64,000 nt of DNA from Oxalobacter sp. (GTDB lineage Bacteria > Pseudomonadota > Gammaproteobacteria > Burkholderiales > Burkholderiaceae_D): contig JAEEYE010000001.1 in assembly GCA_016291665.1 (NCBI GenBank), positions 55,021 through 119,020 on the forward strand, given 5' to 3'. The notes beneath the pieces are model-generated. The model was not told the origin of the DNA. It saw only the letters and a program-made list of their open reading frames with translations, and did no database searches. Below are positions 1 through 11,680 of the stretch, one piece after another. The translations under genes and the position numbers were made by a program. How positions within the stretch are numbered: the first letter of the stretch is position 1; every line of letters begins with the position of its first letter.

Positions 1-1
1 A

Positions 2-1324
2 GCAAGGCCACTCCTACTCCTCGCACAAGGTACCAAAGCCGTGGCCGAAGGGAACCTCTCACCAAGACCTATTGTGACCAGCACCGATGAACTCGGGACA
101 CTGACCAAATCATTCAACGCCATGACACTTCAACTTGCTGAAGCCAGGTCACAAGCCGAAAAAAGCCGTAGCGAATTGGAAACCGCTAAATCCTACTTGG
201 AATCCGTCATGACAAATATGTCAGCCGGTGTAATTGGGTTTGACAGCAACTTCAAATTAACGGACTGCAATGACCCAGCTTCCCGAATCTTAAAATTGGA
301 TCTGAAACCGTTCATTGGTACGGAACTCTCTCAAATTCCTGGCATTACGGTTTTTGCAGAGAAATTAACAAAAGCCTTCACACAGCTTGCAGCACAACAA
401 GCAGCAGGAAGCACAGATGAAGCATTCCACTTGCAAGAACAAATAGAAATCCCGTTGCCGTCATCACCACAACAGAAAGACTCAAATCAAACCCTACTTG
501 CGCGTGGCTCTTCACACACGGTCAACGGCGAAAACCATTATATCGTCGTGTTCGATGACATTTCCGAACTCATTTCGGCACAGCGCTCAATTGCCTGGGG
601 AGAAGTCGCAAGACGCCTGGCACATGAAATTAAAAACCCACTGACCCCAATCCAATTGGCAGCCGAACGCCTTCAGATGAAGTTGCATAACAAACTGGAA
701 AACCAGGAAGCAGGCATCCTCAAACGCAGTACCGATACCATTGTGAACCAAGTAACTGCTATGAAACAGATGGTGGATGACTTCAGGAATTATGCGAAAG
801 CACCCCCCGCATCACTTATTGCCCTTGACCTGAACGCACTCGTGGAGGAAATTGCACACCTATACGCGAATGACGGCGCCATGAACATCGTCCATCCAAT
901 CTTGGCACAGGGGCTACCGCAGATTATGGGTGATGCTACACGGTTGCGACAGGTCATTCACAACCTCCTCCAAAATGCCATCGACGCTTGCAGTGAAGTC
1001 TCTGACCGCCCCGACTGGCAACCAGAGATAGAAATTATTACAGAAAAAGTCCATTATACGGATGCATCAGGTAAAATCTGCATTGCAGTCAGGCTTTCCG
1101 TCAGGGATAATGGACTTGGTTTTTCCCAAGAAATCATGTCCCGTATCTTTGAACCTTATGTCACGACCAAAGAACGAGGAACCGGACTTGGTATGGCAGT
1201 GGTCAAAAAGATTATTGAAGAGCATGGTGGCAGGATAGACCTCCACAATCGGACGGATATCCAAGGGGCAGATGTATCCATCCTTTTTATGCAGTTAGCG
1301 CAAGAAAAGGATAGTGCAGCCTAA
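2..1324 (+). CDS. ntrY: Sensor histidine kinase, NtrY-like (5' end lies upstream of the window)
   Basis: The frame is open from nt 2, so the ORF-track start at 41 is only an internal GTG. HAMP-like AEGNLSPRP..DELGTLTKSFNAM is followed by a PAS-like segment. H-box AHEIKNPLTPIQLAAERL, N-box HNLLQNAIDA, G-boxes DNGLGF and GTGLGMAVVKKI. Confidence 0.8.
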   Translation, partial: ARPLLLLAQGTKAVAEGNLSPRPIVTSTDELGTLTKSFNAMTLQLAEARSQAEKSRSELETAKSYLESVMTNMSAGVIGFDSNFKLTDCNDPASRILKLDLKPFIGTELSQIPGITVFAEKLTKAFTQLAAQQAAGSTDEAFHLQEQIEIPLPSSPQQKDSNQTLLARGSSHTVNGENHYIVVFDDISELISAQRSIAWGEVARRLAHEIKNPLTPIQLAAERLQMKLHNKLENQEAGILKRSTDTIVNQVTAMKQMVDDFRNYAKAPPASLIALDLNALVEEIAHLYANDGAMNIVHPILAQGLPQIMGDATRLRQVIHNLLQNAIDACSEVSDRPDWQPEIEIITEKVHYTDASGKICIAVRLSVRDNGLGFSQEIMSRIFEPYVTTKERGTGLGMAVVKKIIEEHGGRIDLHNRTDIQGADVSILFMQLAQEKDSAA

Positions 1325-1364
1325 AGACGACTGAGACAAGACAACCTTATAAAAGATTCAGCTT

Positions 1365-2066
1365 ATGGCAAACATTCTAGTTGTTGATGATGAAATGGGC
1401 ATCCGAGAATTGCTCTCGGAAATCCTCTCCGATGAAGGGCATGTTGTACAGACTGCAGAAAATGCCCAACAGGCCCGCAAAGCAAGGGCTGCGGGTACAC
1501 CTGATCTCGTCCTCTTAGACATCTGGATGCCAGACACAGATGGTGTTACCCTGCTCAAAGAATGGCAACGCGACGGATACTTGACCATGCCAGTCATCAT
1601 GATGTCAGGCCATGCCACCATTGATACAGCTGTTGAAGCGACCCGCATCGGCGCCATCAATTTCTTGGAAAAACCAATTGCATTGCAAAAACTGCTCCAA
1701 GCAGTCAGACAAGGACTTGCCCGTTCGCAAGAAAAAGCCAAGATTGCCGTTTCTGTCCCCAGGGCCACCGTACCCCCTCAGCCAACACAAGAAAACCGTA
1801 ATACTCCTCAGCCAGCAGCCCAACCAGCACCTACGCCCGCGCCAGCCCCTACGCCTACCATCAACACGTCCCTTCTAGCATTTGACCTCCCTTTGCGAGA
1901 AGCCAGAGACATGTTTGAACGCATCTATTTTGAATATCACTTAGCACAAGAAGGTGGCAGTATGACACGTGTGGCCGAAAAAACAGGTCTGGAACGTACA
2001 CACCTTTACCGTAAACTCAAACAACTCGGAGTCGAGCCTGTCAAGGCTTCCAGAAAACACAGCTAA
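1365..2066 (+). CDS. Response regulator: REC domain plus Fis-type HTH, NtrX-like but with no AAA+ sigma54-interaction domain
   Basis: REC signatures VVDDE, LLDIWMPDTDG and EKP. Pro/Thr/Ala-rich linker at aa 131-167. C-terminal HTH MTRVAEKTGLERTHLYRKLKQLG. Starts 40 nt after the kinase stop. Confidence 0.85.
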   Translation: MANILVVDDEMGIRELLSEILSDEGHVVQTAENAQQARKARAAGTPDLVLLDIWMPDTDGVTLLKEWQRDGYLTMPVIMMSGHATIDTAVEATRIGAINFLEKPIALQKLLQAVRQGLARSQEKAKIAVSVPRATVPPQPTQENRNTPQPAAQPAPTPAPAPTPTINTSLLAFDLPLREARDMFERIYFEYHLAQEGGSMTRVAEKTGLERTHLYRKLKQLGVEPVKASRKHS

Positions 2067-2078
2067 GGGAGAAATCAA

Positions 2079-3116
2079 ATGGATTACACCAGATTGGGGA
2101 AAAGCGGTCTGAAAGTATCACGCATCTGCTTAGGAATGATGACATATGGCTCTCCCAAATGGCGACCATGGGTTCTTGATGAAACTGCCTCTCGTCCATT
2201 TATCAAGCGCGCCGTAGAAGCCGGCATCAATTTTTTTGACACAGCCAACCTCTATTCCAACGGGCTTTCTGAAATATTAACAGGCAAACTCCTTAGGGAA
2301 TATGCAAAACGCGATGAAGTCATTATTGCAACCAAGGTTTACTTCCATGTATCCGACTCCATTGGTGCCGATGCTGCATCCTTAAAATCAGGGGGTATTC
2401 CGCCTAACACAAGTGGCCTTTCTAGGAAGCACATCTTCGCCGCCTGCGATGCATCCTTAAAAAGGTTAAACACAGATTACATTGACCTGTACCAGATTCA
2501 CCGCTGGGACTATGACACACCAATTGAAGAAACGATGGAAGCTTTAAATGATTTGGTCAGATCTGGCAAAGTCCGTTACATTGGTGCATCAAGTATGTGG
2601 GCTTGGCAATTCGCTAAAGCACAGCAAATTGCCAAAGAACACAACTGGTCGCAGTTCATCTCGATGCAAAACCACTATAACCTCGCCTACCGCGAAGAAG
2701 AACGAGAGATGATCCCTTTATGCCGCGATCAAGGCATTGGAATCATTCCGTGGAGCCCACTAGGACGTGGATTCCTGGCAGGCAACCGGAAGATTGACGA
2801 TAAGGATGCAACAAAGAATAACTCAGCAACAGCGCGTGCTAAATCTGATGAACAAGCAATGCGTTACTTTTACCGTGATGCTGACTTTGAAGTTGTCGAT
2901 ACGCTAACAAAAGTCGCTCAATCCAAGGGGCTCTCCAATGCGCAAGTAGCTTATTCATGGTTGCTACACAAAGGGGTCACAGCCCCAATTGTCGGAGCCT
3001 CAAAACCACAGCATCTAGAACAAGCAATTGCAGCTGCAGAAGTCAAATTGACTGCTGACGAAATAGCTACCCTTGAAGCCCCATACCGTCCTCACCAAGT
3101 CACAGGACATCGGTAA
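2079..3116 (+). CDS. Aldo/keto reductase family oxidoreductase
   Basis: N-terminus MDYTRLGKSGLKVSRICLGMMTYG, plus FFDTANLYSNG and YIDLYQIHRWD motifs typical of AKRs. Starts 12 nt after the regulator stop, behind a GGGAGA Shine-Dalgarno. Confidence 0.85.
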   Translation: MDYTRLGKSGLKVSRICLGMMTYGSPKWRPWVLDETASRPFIKRAVEAGINFFDTANLYSNGLSEILTGKLLREYAKRDEVIIATKVYFHVSDSIGADAASLKSGGIPPNTSGLSRKHIFAACDASLKRLNTDYIDLYQIHRWDYDTPIEETMEALNDLVRSGKVRYIGASSMWAWQFAKAQQIAKEHNWSQFISMQNHYNLAYREEEREMIPLCRDQGIGIIPWSPLGRGFLAGNRKIDDKDATKNNSATARAKSDEQAMRYFYRDADFEVVDTLTKVAQSKGLSNAQVAYSWLLHKGVTAPIVGASKPQHLEQAIAAAEVKLTADEIATLEAPYRPHQVTGHR

Positions 3117-3146
3117 CATCGGTAATTTTATAGACAGCTGACCATG

Positions 3147-3185
3147 AAAAACGCCCTGACAGTTTCCTGACAGGGCGTTTTGTTT
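3147..3185. terminator. Bidirectional rho-independent terminator between the AKR gene and rplQ
   Basis: AAAAACGCCCTG ... CAGGGCGTTTTGTTTT: a GC-rich stem with an A-run on one side and a T-run on the other, lying between convergent genes. Confidence 0.8.
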
Positions 3186-3205
3186 TGTTATAAGAGAAAC
3201 CTGAA

Positions 3206-3598
3206 TTATTCCTTGGTTTCTTCTACAGCTTCAACTGGTTCTGGACGATCAACCAATTCAACATAAGCCATAGGTGCATTGTCACCAACACGGAAACCCA
3301 TCTTCAGGATGCGCATATAACCACCATTGCGGTTAGCATAGCGCTGGCTCAACTCACCAAAGAGTTTAACGACGATTTCACGGTCACGCAGTCTGTTAAA
3401 TGCCAGACGTTTGTTAGCTAGGGAATCCTTCTTACCTAAAGTAATGAGTGGTTCGACAACACGACGCAATTCCTTTGCTTTTGGCAACGTAGTCTTAATA
3501 GCTTCATGACGAAGCAGGGAAACTGCCATGTTGCGGAACATCGCCAAACGATGGGACGTAGTCCGATTGAGTTTTCTCATGCCATGTTTATGACGCAT
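3206..3598 (-). CDS. rplQ: 50S ribosomal protein L17
   Basis: [24 protein letters not shown] is a typical L17 N-terminus. Position after rpoA. Confidence 0.97.
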   Translation of the reverse strand: MRHKHGMRKLNRTTSHRLAMFRNMAVSLLRHEAIKTTLPKAKELRRVVEPLITLGKKDSLANKRLAFNRLRDREIVVKLFGELSQRYANRNGGYMRILKMGFRVGDNAPMAYVELVDRPEPVEAVEETKE

Positions 3599-3663
3599 TT
3601 TATTTCCTTTTCTTATAATCCGGTTCTTCTATCAGTTGCCTGCGGACCGGTTTCAGGTTGATA

Positions 3664-4644
3664 TTATTTTTCAAGCAATGATGCTGGCGGCCAATAGTCA
3701 AGCTGCATACCCAGTGTCAATCCGCGGGAAGCCAAGACTTCCTTGATTTCATTCAAGGACTTACGTCCAAGGTTAGGTGTCTTAAGCAGTTCGTTCTCTG
3801 TACGCTGGATCAGATCTCCGATGTAGTTGATGTTTTCAGCTTTCAGGCAATTTGCAGAGCGAACAGTCAATTCAAGATCATCAACTGGACGTAAGAGGAT
3901 TGGATCAACTGCAGGTGCTTCTGGTTCAGCAGTACCGCTTTCACCCGTATCTTCAAGCGCAGCAAAGACATTGAGCTGGTCAACAAGAATGCGTGCTGAC
4001 TGACGGATAGCTTCTTCAGCCGTAATCACACCATTGGTTTCAATCGTGAGAATCAGCTTATCTAAGTCGGTACGCTGTTCAACACGGGCTGATTCGACCG
4101 CATAAGATACACGACGGATTGGCGAGAAAGATGCATCTAGAATAATACGGCCAATGGTCTTGTTCGCATCTTCACGCAGACGACGGACGTTACCAGGAAC
4201 ATAACCGCGGCCTTTCTCAACCTTGATCGTCATATCCAGCTTGCCATTTTCAGCAAGGTTTGCAATGACATGATCAGGATTGATGATTTCAACATCATGT
4301 GAAGGATCGATGTCAGCAGCTGTCACAACGCCAGGCCCTGTTTTACTCAGCGTCAAGATAACAGAATCACGGTTATGGAGCTTGAATACAATCCCCTTGA
4401 GGTTTAAGAGGATGTCAACAACATCTTCCTGTACACCATCAAGGATGGAATATTCATGAACAACACCTGCAATGGTGACTTCAGTTGGCGCGTAGCCAAC
4501 CATAGAAGACAACAGAACACGGCGCAGTGCATTGCCAAGTGTATGGCCATAGCCACGTTCAAACGGTTCCATTTCAACAATGGTACGTCCGTCACCGGCA
4601 GGTTCGACGGTAACCATACGCGGCTTCAAGAATGAATTTTGCAT
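3664..4644 (-). CDS. rpoA: DNA-directed RNA polymerase subunit alpha
   Basis: 326 aa. [15 protein letters not shown] motif and C-terminal domain [16 protein letters not shown]. Alpha-operon position. Confidence 0.98.
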   Translation of the reverse strand: MQNSFLKPRMVTVEPAGDGRTIVEMEPFERGYGHTLGNALRRVLLSSMVGYAPTEVTIAGVVHEYSILDGVQEDVVDILLNLKGIVFKLHNRDSVILTLSKTGPGVVTAADIDPSHDVEIINPDHVIANLAENGKLDMTIKVEKGRGYVPGNVRRLREDANKTIGRIILDASFSPIRRVSYAVESARVEQRTDLDKLILTIETNGVITAEEAIRQSARILVDQLNVFAALEDTGESGTAEPEAPAVDPILLRPVDDLELTVRSANCLKAENINYIGDLIQRTENELLKTPNLGRKSLNEIKEVLASRGLTLGMQLDYWPPASLLEK

Positions 4645-4711
4645 GTTTTGTCCTTTTCAATACCCTCGGCTCGTTACACCGATAAGGCTGATGGTACGGT
4701 TAATGCACAGA

Positions 4712-5335
4712 TCAACGAGAATACAATTCGATGATCAGAGATTCGTTGACATCCTGAGCGAATTCGCTGCGGTCAGGCAGGCGCTTAAAAGTGCCTTCCA
4801 TCTTGCTAACATCAACAGAAACCCAGTCAGCAAAGCCAACTTGTTCTGCCAAGCTCAAAGATTCGATAATACGAGCCTGTTTCTTCGCTTTTTCACGGAC
4901 AGAAATCACATCATCAGGTTTAACCAGGTAAGAAGGAATGTTCACGACCTTACCGTTAACCAGCAATGCCTGATGGCTGACGAGCTGACGGCTTTCTGCA
5001 CGGGTGGAACCGAAGCCCATACGATAAGCAACAGTATCCAGGCGAGATTCCAAGAGCTGCATCAGATTGTCACCGGTGTTGCCCTTACGGCGTTCAGCTT
5101 CAGCAAAATAACGGCGGAACTGTTTTTCCAGAATACCGTACATACGTTTTACTTTCTGTTTTTCGCGGAGCTGGTTGCCATAGTCAGACATGCGAGCGCC
5201 GGACTTCATGCCATGCTGCCCTGGCTTCGTATCAAGTTTGCATTTGGAGTCTAAAGAGCGACGTGAGCTCTTTAAGAATAAATCGGTACCTTCACGGCGT
5301 GAAAGTTTTGCTTTTGGTCCAATGTAGCGTGCCAC
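4712..5335 (-). CDS. rpsD: 30S ribosomal protein S4
   Basis: [24 protein letters not shown]-terminus. Confidence 0.98.
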   Translation of the reverse strand: MARYIGPKAKLSRREGTDLFLKSSRRSLDSKCKLDTKPGQHGMKSGARMSDYGNQLREKQKVKRMYGILEKQFRRYFAEAERRKGNTGDNLMQLLESRLDTVAYRMGFGSTRAESRQLVSHQALLVNGKVVNIPSYLVKPDDVISVREKAKKQARIIESLSLAEQVGFADWVSVDVSKMEGTFKRLPDRSEFAQDVNESLIIELYSR

Positions 5336-5429
5336 AATATTTCCTTTTTTTAAAATTCAGTTGACGCCCCAATTCAGGCGCAAGTCATACCATCCCATTG
5401 GGCATGACTGTGGTCTTCACAATTGTCGA

Positions 5430-5831
5430 TCAGATACGACGGCGTTTTGGAGGACGGCAGCCATTATGAGGGATTGGGGTGATGTCCTGGATCTGGGTGA
5501 TACGGATACCCAGAGCATTCAGGGCGCGGACAGCGGATTCACGGCCTGGGCCTGGCCCCTTGATTTTCACTTCAAGACTCTTGATACCATATTCCATTGC
5601 AACCTTACCAGCGGCTTCTGCTGCAACCTGTGCTGCAAATGGAGTGGACTTACGAGAGCCCTTGAAACCAGCACCACCAGAAGTTGCCCAGGTCAGTGCA
5701 TTGCCCTGACGGTCACTGATAGTGATAATGGTATTGTTGAAAGAAGCATGCACGTGCGCAACACCTTCTGCAATGTTCCGCTTCACCTTCTTGCGCATGC
5801 GAGCTGCTGCACTATTAGATGCCTTTGCCAT
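5430..5831 (-). CDS. rpsK: 30S ribosomal protein S11
   Basis: [18 protein letters not shown] and [14 protein letters not shown] motifs. Confidence 0.98.
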   Translation of the reverse strand: MAKASNSAAARMRKKVKRNIAEGVAHVHASFNNTIITISDRQGNALTWATSGGAGFKGSRKSTPFAAQVAAEAAGKVAMEYGIKSLEVKIKGPGPGRESAVRALNALGIRITQIQDITPIPHNGCRPPKRRRI

Positions 5832-5873
5832 ATATTTTCCTCGATCGTCTTTATCCGAACAGGTAAACCTGTA

Positions 5874-6239
5874 TTATTTCTTCAATGATTGAGCTGCCTT
5901 ACGCGGTCCCTTACGGGTACGGGCATTCGTACGAGTACGCTGTCCCCTAACAGGCAAGCCGCGACGGTGACGCAAGCCACGATAGCAACCAAGATCCATC
6001 AATCGCTTGATGCTCATGGAAACTTCACGGCGCAGATCGCCTTCAATCACATACTTGTCGATCTCAATACGGAGTTTTTCCAGTTCGGTATCATCCAGAT
6101 CTTTCACTTTCTTGGCTGGGTCAACACCTGTTGCTTCACAAATAACCTGTGCGCGTGGGCGACCAATACCGTAGATAGCGGTAAGACCGATGACAATGTG
6201 TTGTTGATTGGGAATGTTTACCCCTGCAATACGTGCCAT
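5874..6239 (-). CDS. rpsM: 30S ribosomal protein S13
   Basis: [11 protein letters not shown]-terminus and [25 protein letters not shown] tail. Confidence 0.98.
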   Translation of the reverse strand: MARIAGVNIPNQQHIVIGLTAIYGIGRPRAQVICEATGVDPAKKVKDLDDTELEKLRIEIDKYVIEGDLRREVSMSIKRLMDLGCYRGLRHRRGLPVRGQRTRTNARTRKGPRKAAQSLKK

Positions 6240-6264
6240 TCGATAAGTCCTAAATTGACGTTAA

Positions 6265-6378
6265 TTAACCTTGTCTCTGTTTGTGACGTGCTTCCGTGCA
6301 GATTACACGCACAACACCTTTCCTCTTGATAATTTTACAGTTGCGGCAAATCCGCTTAACTGATGCCTGAACTTTCAT
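6265..6378 (-). CDS. rpmJ: 50S ribosomal protein L36 (absent from the ORF track because it is under 60 aa)
   Basis: Manual minus-strand translation gives [37 protein letters not shown] (37 aa). This is a canonical L36 with CxxC..C..H, located between infA and rpsM. Confidence 0.93.
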   Translation of the reverse strand: MKVQASVKRICRNCKIIKRKGVVRVICTEARHKQRQG

Positions 6379-6408
6379 TTCTTCCTCATCCTGATAAGTT
6401 GAATCCAG

Positions 6409-6627
6409 TTACTTTGTTCTAAAAACAATTCGTGCGCGGCTTAAATCGTAAGGGGTCAATTCGACCGTAACCTTATCTCCTGGAAGGATGCGAATATAGT
6501 TCATCCGCATCTTGCCAGAGATATGCCCCAACACCATGTGTCCATTTTCCAGTTTTACGCGGAACGTCGCATTGGGTAGATTGTCAACAATCTCACCCTG
6601 CATCTGGATAACGTCGTCTTTAGCCAT
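6409..6627 (-). CDS. infA: Translation initiation factor IF-1
   Basis: 72 aa. [30 protein letters not shown] is a typical IF-1 S1 domain. Confidence 0.97.
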   Translation of the reverse strand: MAKDDVIQMQGEIVDNLPNATFRVKLENGHMVLGHISGKMRMNYIRILPGDKVTVELTPYDLSRARIVFRTK

Positions 6628-6647
6628 ATACTTTTGTCTTTGTTACG

Positions 6648-7982
6648 TTATTCCCGGCCTTTACCGGTCTTGAAATTTGCCTTCCTCAGCAGAGAATCAT
6701 ACTGCTGTGACATGATGTGGTTCTGAACCTGAGACATAAAGTCCATTGTCACAACGACAATAATGAGCAACGATGTACCGCCAAAATAGAATGGAACTTG
6801 CCAACGGGCAACCAGAAATTCCGGCAGTAAGCATATCAGTGTAACATAAATTGCTCCAGCTAGGGTCAAACGCATAAGGATTTTATCCACATGACGCCCA
6901 GTCTGTTCACCTGGTCGAATGCCAGGAATGAACGCCTGACTCTTCTTCAGGTTATCTGCTGTTTCTTTGCTATTGAAAACCAACGCAGTATAGAAGAAAC
7001 AGAAGAAAATAATTGCTGCTGCATAAAAGACTGCATGAACCGGCTCCCCAGGGCCAAGGGACGCAGACAGATCCTTCAGAAAACGGACAAACATGTTGTC
7101 ATCTTCGCCACCCGTTGCAAACCACCCTGCAATCGTTGCTGGAAACAGGATGATAGAGGAAGCGAAAATCGGTGGAATAACACCCGCCATATTGACCTTC
7201 ATTGGCAGGAAGCTACTCTGACCGCCATAGAGCTTGTTACCAACCTGACGCTTCGCATAGTTAATTAAGATTCGGCGCTGTCCACTTTCAAAGAAGACAA
7301 CCACAAATGTAACTACTACAACGATGGCACAGATAACTAAAGCCGTCAGCGTCGTCATAGCACCCGTGCGAACTAATTCGATCAAGCCAGTAATTGCGCT
7401 CGGCAGGCCTGCAACGATACCTGCAAAAATCAACATGGAAATGCCGTTACCTAATCCACGTTCGGTCATCTGTTCACCCAACCACATCAGGAACATTGTT
7501 CCTGTAACGAGGGTAACAACCGCAGTAAATCTGAAGGTCCAGCCCGGCTCAAGGACAAGACCAGGCTGGGACTCAAGGGCAACGGCAATACCGAGCCCTT
7601 GGAAAACAGCCAAAGCCAGTGTCCCATAGCGGGTATACTGCGTCATCTTTCTGCGCCCCGCCTCACCTTCTTTCTTCAAGGCATCAATCGTCGGGGAAAC
7701 GATGCCCAGCATCTGAACGATAATCGAAGACGAGATGTAAGGCATAATGCCCAGAGCGAAGACGGTAAAGCGCGAAAGCGCACCACCCGAGAACATGTTG
7801 AACATGCCCAGGATACCACCGGAATTCTGATTGAACAGCTGCGAAAGCTGGTCGGAGTCAATCCCCGGAACAGGGATATGCGCCCCCAACCTGAACACCA
7901 CCAAAGCGATGATCAAAAATAGCAGCCGTTTCCACGGGAAACCGGCCATTGCCTTGTTAGATGGATTAGATGACGTAGCCAA
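6648..7982 (-). CDS. secY: Preprotein translocase subunit SecY
   Basis: 444 aa, polytopic. Motifs [13 protein letters not shown] and [18 protein letters not shown]. spc-operon position. Confidence 0.97.
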   Translation of the reverse strand: MATSSNPSNKAMAGFPWKRLLFLIIALVVFRLGAHIPVPGIDSDQLSQLFNQNSGGILGMFNMFSGGALSRFTVFALGIMPYISSSIIVQMLGIVSPTIDALKKEGEAGRRKMTQYTRYGTLALAVFQGLGIAVALESQPGLVLEPGWTFRFTAVVTLVTGTMFLMWLGEQMTERGLGNGISMLIFAGIVAGLPSAITGLIELVRTGAMTTLTALVICAIVVVVTFVVVFFESGQRRILINYAKRQVGNKLYGGQSSFLPMKVNMAGVIPPIFASSIILFPATIAGWFATGGEDDNMFVRFLKDLSASLGPGEPVHAVFYAAAIIFFCFFYTALVFNSKETADNLKKSQAFIPGIRPGEQTGRHVDKILMRLTLAGAIYVTLICLLPEFLVARWQVPFYFGGTSLLIIVVVTMDFMSQVQNHIMSQQYDSLLRKANFKTGKGRE

Positions 7983-8006
7983 CTGAATACCTCTGCTTTT
8001 CCGTTA

Positions 8007-8438
8007 TCAGGCAACCTTGCCGCCCTTTGCTTCAATGGCAGCTTTTGCGCCCTTGGTGACAGCCAGGCCGTTCACCGTGACACTTTTATTGATTTCACCG
8101 GACAGGATGACCTTGACGGTCTTGACCAACCCAGAAACGAGGCCAGCCTGTTTCAGAACCAGGATGTCGACTTCGTCAACACCCAGCTTATCCAAATCAG
8201 ACAAACGAATTTCTGCGCGTGTTGGTGCAGCCAAGGATTTGAAGCCACGTTTTGGCAAACGACGTTGCAAAGGCATCTGACCGCCTTCAAAACCAACCTT
8301 GTGGAAACCACCCGCACGGGACTTCTGACCTTTATGGCCACGGCCAGCAGTCTTGCCCAGACCGGAACCAATGCCACGGCCTACTCGGCGAGCGGCTTTC
8401 TTGGAACCTTCTGCAGGCTTTAATGAATTCAATTCCAT
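8007..8438 (-). CDS. rplO: 50S ribosomal protein L15
   Basis: [38 protein letters not shown]. Confidence 0.97.
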   Translation of the reverse strand: MELNSLKPAEGSKKAARRVGRGIGSGLGKTAGRGHKGQKSRAGGFHKVGFEGGQMPLQRRLPKRGFKSLAAPTRAEIRLSDLDKLGVDEVDILVLKQAGLVSGLVKTVKVILSGEINKSVTVNGLAVTKGAKAAIEAKGGKVA

Positions 8439-8458
8439 AATTTACCCTGTCTCCTAAA

Positions 8459-8641
8459 TCAAAGTACCCGAACAAGATACTGGACCTTACGAATCATGCC
8501 ACGAACAGCTGGAGTGTCTTCCAGGGTGGAGACGGAATTCAGCTTACGCAGGCCAAGGCCGCGTACAGTATCACGGTGGGATTTCTGGGTGCCAATAAGG
8601 CTCCTGACCAATTTAACAGTAATCTGGTTAGACATGTTCAA
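8459..8641 (-). CDS. rpmD: 50S ribosomal protein L30
   Basis: 60 aa. [27 protein letters not shown]. Confidence 0.95.
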   Translation of the reverse strand: MNMSNQITVKLVRSLIGTQKSHRDTVRGLGLRKLNSVSTLEDTPAVRGMIRKVQYLVRVL

Positions 8642-8646
8642 TCACC

Positions 8647-9165
8647 TCACCCGATAATTTCTTCAACGGTTTTGCCACGTTTTGCAGCAACATCTGCTGG
8701 TGTATTCATAGAAGCCAGCGCATTTAAGGTTGCACGAACCATGTTGTACGGGTTGCTGGAACCAAAAGATTTTGCAACAACGTTGCTAACACCCATTACA
8801 TCAAAGATTGCACGCATAGCACCGCCTGCAATCACGCCAGTCCCTTGCTTAGCTGGATTCAGCATAACCTTGGAAGCGCCATGCTTGCCGATGATAGTGT
8901 GCTGCAAAGTACCGTCTTTCAACGTTACTTTGAACATATTGCGGCGAGCTTCTTCCATCGCTTTCTGTACAGCGATTGGAACTTCTTTGGCCTTACCCTT
9001 GCCCATGCCGATGCCACCGTCACCATCGCCGACCACCGTCAGTGCAGCGAAGCCCATGATGCGCCCGCCCTTAACAACCTTGGTGACACGGTTGATGGAG
9101 ATCATTTTTTCACGCAGCCCGTCATCATTACGGTCGCCCTGCGTCTTCTGTTGCATTTTTGCCAT
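8647..9165 (-). CDS. rpsE: 30S ribosomal protein S5
   Basis: [40 protein letters not shown]. Confidence 0.98.
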   Translation of the reverse strand: MAKMQQKTQGDRNDDGLREKMISINRVTKVVKGGRIMGFAALTVVGDGDGGIGMGKGKAKEVPIAVQKAMEEARRNMFKVTLKDGTLQHTIIGKHGASKVMLNPAKQGTGVIAGGAMRAIFDVMGVSNVVAKSFGSSNPYNMVRATLNALASMNTPADVAAKRGKTVEEIIG

Positions 9166-9177
9166 GGTTACTATCCC

Positions 9178-9534
9178 TTAGAACTTCAAACCTGCTTCGC
9201 GAGCAGCTTCTGCCAATGCCTTCACACGACCGTGGTATCTAAAACCAGAACGGTCGAAAGCGACTTCAGTGATACCAGCTTCGAGAGCTTTCTCTGCAAT
9301 ACGCTTGCCAACGATTTGGGCAGCTTCGACATTACCACCACTCTTGCCACCCAATGCTTCGCGGACATCCGCCTGCAGGGTGGAAGAAGAAGCCAATACC
9401 TTCGCATCCGGCCCGATAATATTTGCATAGATATGCTGGTTGGTACGATGTACCGATAAGCGTGTTGCTTTCAGGACAGCAATCTTGACCCGTGCCTGAC
9501 GACCACGGCGCAAACGAGATTCTTTCTTGTTCAT
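9178..9534 (-). CDS. rplR: 50S ribosomal protein L18
   Basis: [16 protein letters not shown] and [27 protein letters not shown]. Confidence 0.97.
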   Translation of the reverse strand: MNKKESRLRRGRQARVKIAVLKATRLSVHRTNQHIYANIIGPDAKVLASSSTLQADVREALGGKSGGNVEAAQIVGKRIAEKALEAGITEVAFDRSGFRYHGRVKALAEAAREAGLKF

Positions 9535-9546
9535 CAGTTGCCCCTA

Positions 9547-10080
9547 TTACTTCTTCTTAGTTTCTTTGATCTTGACATATTCGTCAGCATAACGAACACC
9601 CTTACCTTTATAAGGTTCAGGTTTACGGTAGGCACGAATATCAGCCGCTACTTGCCCAACCAAATGCTTATCAACACCCTTAATAACGATTTCCGTTGCG
9701 GATGGAGTTTCACACTTAATGCCTTCTGGCATTTCATGGACGATTGGGTGAGAATAACCTAGCGACAAATTCAGCTTGCTACCCTGAGCCTGCGCGCGGT
9801 AACCAACACCAACCAAAGTCAAACGTTTTTCAAAGCCCTTACTGACCCCAACAACCATGTTGTTCAACAATGCACGGCTCGTACCCCACATTGCATTCGC
9901 TTCGCGAGAGTCATTGGCTGCATCGACCCTCAGAAATCCGCCTTCTTCTTTAACGGATACCAGGTCACTAAAGACACGGGAAAGGGTTCCATTCGCGCCT
10001 TTGACAGTAACTTTGTTACCTTCGATGGTTGCTGTAGTCCCATTTGGAACCGCAATCTGCATCTTTCCAACTCTAGACAT
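9547..10080 (-). CDS. rplF: 50S ribosomal protein L6 (start trimmed to the internal ATG)
   Basis: [14 protein letters not shown] is the canonical L6 start. The ORF-track start at 10119 would overlap rpsH by 29 nt. Confidence 0.95.
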   Translation of the reverse strand: MSRVGKMQIAVPNGTTATIEGNKVTVKGANGTLSRVFSDLVSVKEEGGFLRVDAANDSREANAMWGTSRALLNNMVVGVSKGFEKRLTLVGVGYRAQAQGSKLNLSLGYSHPIVHEMPEGIKCETPSATEIVIKGVDKHLVGQVAADIRAYRKPEPYKGKGVRYADEYVKIKETKKK

Positions 10081-10090
10081 TCTTCCCTCC

Positions 10091-10486
10091 TTAGGCGACG
10101 TAGCAAAGAACTTCACCACCGATGCCAGTAGCGCGAGCCTTACGGTCGGTCATGACACCCTTGGAAGTGGAAATGACGGCAACACCCAAACCATTCATAA
10201 CGCTAGGGAGTTCATCACGCCCCTTATAAATGCGCAATCCAGGACGAGAAACGCGTTCCAAACGTTCGATGACTGGACGGCCCGCATAGTACTTCAGACC
10301 GATGTTCAATTCAGCCTTGCCGGCTTCTTCAGTAACATTGAAGGAATCAATGTAACCTTCATCCCTCAATACAGTTGCAATGGCTACCTTGACCTTAGAG
10401 GAAGGCATTGCCACAGAATTTTTCTTGACCTGCTGCGCATTACGGATGCGAGTCAGCATATCTGCGATAGGATCGCTCATACTCAT
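10091..10486 (-). CDS. rpsH: 30S ribosomal protein S8
   Basis: [19 protein letters not shown]-terminus. Confidence 0.98.
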   Translation of the reverse strand: MSMSDPIADMLTRIRNAQQVKKNSVAMPSSKVKVAIATVLRDEGYIDSFNVTEEAGKAELNIGLKYYAGRPVIERLERVSRPGLRIYKGRDELPSVMNGLGVAVISTSKGVMTDRKARATGIGGEVLCYVA

Positions 10487-10501
10487 AACAATTCCTCCTG
10501 C

Positions 10502-10807
10502 TTACCAGCTAGCTTTGGTGATACCTGGGATTTCACCATTCATCGCGTATTCACGCAGTTTGGTACGGCCCAAGCCAAATTTACGGAATGTGCCACGTGG
10601 ACGACCAGTCAGGGCACAACGATTACGCTGACGGGTTGGGTTCGCATTGCGTGGCAACGCCTGCAGTTTCAGACGAGCCTCGTAACGTTCTTCTTCAGAC
10701 TTACTCTGGTCGTCAATGATCGCTTTGAGTTCAGCGCGCTTTGCTGCATATTTCTTAACGAGTGCAGCACGTTTCAATTCACGATTGATTAATGACAACT
10801 TTGCCAT
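10502..10807 (-). CDS. rpsN: 30S ribosomal protein S14
   Basis: 101 aa, ending [21 protein letters not shown]. Confidence 0.97.
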   Translation of the reverse strand: MAKLSLINRELKRAALVKKYAAKRAELKAIIDDQSKSEEERYEARLKLQALPRNANPTRQRNRCALTGRPRGTFRKFGLGRTKLREYAMNGEIPGITKASW

Positions 10808-10813
10808 GGCTTA

Positions 10814-11353
10814 TCAGTTCCTAAATGGGAATTTAAATGCAGAAAGAAGCGCCTTTGCCTCTTCGTCGGTTTTGGCAGTCGTGGTAATGCTGATATTCAG
10901 ACCACGCAGTGCGTCGATCTTGTCATACTCGATTTCTGGGAAAATGATCTGTTCTTTGATACCAAGGTTGTAGTTACCACGGCCATCAAAGGAACGCCCA
11001 TTGACACCACGGAAGTCACGCACACGCGGCAAGGCAATCGTGACCAAACGGTCAAGGAACTCATACATCTTGGTACCACGCAGGGTCACCATACAGCCGA
11101 TTGGATAACCTTCACGGATCTTGAAACCTGCAATAGACTTACGAGCACGGGTTACAACTGGCTTCTGACCAGCAATCTTAGCCAAGTCTTCAGTTGCATG
11201 GTCAATGACCTTCTTGTCTGCAACAGCTTCGGACAAGCCCATATTCAGGGTAATCTTAGTAATCCGAGGTACTTCCATTGGAGACTTGTAAGAAAACTTT
11301 GCAATCAGATCGGCAACAATCTTCTCTTTATATATATCCTGTAAACGTGCCAT
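10814..11353 (-). CDS. rplE: 50S ribosomal protein L5
   Basis: [13 protein letters not shown] and [15 protein letters not shown] motifs. Confidence 0.98.
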   Translation of the reverse strand: MARLQDIYKEKIVADLIAKFSYKSPMEVPRITKITLNMGLSEAVADKKVIDHATEDLAKIAGQKPVVTRARKSIAGFKIREGYPIGCMVTLRGTKMYEFLDRLVTIALPRVRDFRGVNGRSFDGRGNYNLGIKEQIIFPEIEYDKIDALRGLNISITTTAKTDEEAKALLSAFKFPFRN

Positions 11354-11355
11354 AG

Positions 11356-11670
11356 TTATTTAGCCTCTACAACTTCACCATTAGATTTAAAGACGCGGAC
11401 TTTCTTACCATCCACTTCCCTGAAGCCAACACGATCAGCCTTGCCAGCCTTTTCGTTAAACAGAGCAACATTGGAAACATGGATTGGCATGAGCTTGTCC
11501 TCGATACCACCGGTGGCACCCGTCATTGGATTTGGTTTGATGGTCTTCTTTGCAACATTGACACCAGCAACAACAACACGGTCATCGATAACACGTTCGA
11601 CCTTACCCCGCTTGCCTTTGTCCTTGCCGGTCAGCACGATCACTTCATCGCCTTTGCGAATTTTTTTCAT
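11356..11670 (-). CDS. rplX: 50S ribosomal protein L24 (start trimmed to the internal ATG)
   Basis: [24 protein letters not shown] is the canonical L24 start. The longer ORF would overlap rplN. Confidence 0.95.
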   Translation of the reverse strand: MKKIRKGDEVIVLTGKDKGKRGKVERVIDDRVVVAGVNVAKKTIKPNPMTGATGGIEDKLMPIHVSNVALFNEKAGKADRVGFREVDGKKVRVFKSNGEVVEAK

Positions 11671-11680
11671 AACTTCCCCT

